Source of the DNA: a virus
Direction: 5' to 3' (one strand)
IMG/VR virus record: IMGVR_UViG_3300048924_000191
Location: 1-64,000 of that record
DNA length: 64,000 nucleotides
Shown: positions 63,979 to 64,000 of the stretch, in pieces
How the letters are laid out: each line of letters starts with the position of its first letter
Numbering within the stretch: position 1 is the first letter of the stretch
Notes under the pieces: model-generated
What the model was told of the DNA's origin: nothing
The model's database searches: none
Seen by the model: the letters and a program-made list of their open reading frames with translations, nothing else
Made by a program: the position numbers and the translations under genes

Positions 63979-64000
63979 GGGAACGATTTCCTTTGGTGGA

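Noticed and set aside
1-64000. CRISPR arrays, tRNA/tmRNA genes, integrase/att sites, transposases.
   Set aside because: There are no regularly spaced direct repeats. The repeated hairpins are single, kilobases apart, and sit at gene ends. No GTTCRANYC T-loop context was found in the larger intergenic gaps. No integrase- or transposase-like ORFs were found.

Overview
All calls below are by-eye motif comparisons made without search tools. The window reads as a gene-dense stretch of a large lytic, probably phiKZ-like jumbo, phage genome. I saw no rRNA, tRNA, CRISPR array, integrase or transposase.

Evidence for the phage assignment:
- Two separate fragments of a multisubunit RNA polymerase beta subunit (696..1451 and 36626..38314).
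- A roughly 755-aa candidate major capsid protein (39617..41884).
- An endolysin with a peptidoglycan-binding domain plus a transglycosylase domain (21727..22413).
- A spike plus PAAR tip pair (12096..13243).
- A tail-fibre set (14634..21078).
- A very large paralog family of virion-type proteins.

Other recognisable genes:
- UvsX/RecA-like recombinase.
- RNase HI fusion.
- Rad50/SbcC-like ATPase.
- RuvC-like resolvase.
- DnaB-like helicase.
- CYTH/TTM-like protein.

Organisation: coding strand switches about 14 times.
- All seven convergent junctions carry a perfect GC-rich hairpin. Five of these are copies of one element (CATACAGCCGGGGC / GCCCCGGCTGTATG) with compensatory changes.
- Most divergent junctions are AT-rich spacers (one, at 26439..26469, is only 31 nt and not AT-rich).

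Most unusual content:
1. Sixteen ORFs share one ~160-aa module, mostly in a 14.6-kb array at 48230..62870. They combine with different C-terminal heads and with a short N-terminal strand motif present in 1, 2 or 4 tandem copies.
2. A CYTH-like gene is followed by two mini-ORFs joined through identical CTATGTTTAR overlaps.
3. A 654-aa protein carrying an Arg/Asp/Glu/Ser mixed-charge low-complexity region sits next to the RNAP beta-N fragment.

Functions need HHpred/BLAST confirmation. Many long antisense ORFs in the track are treated as codon-bias shadows.
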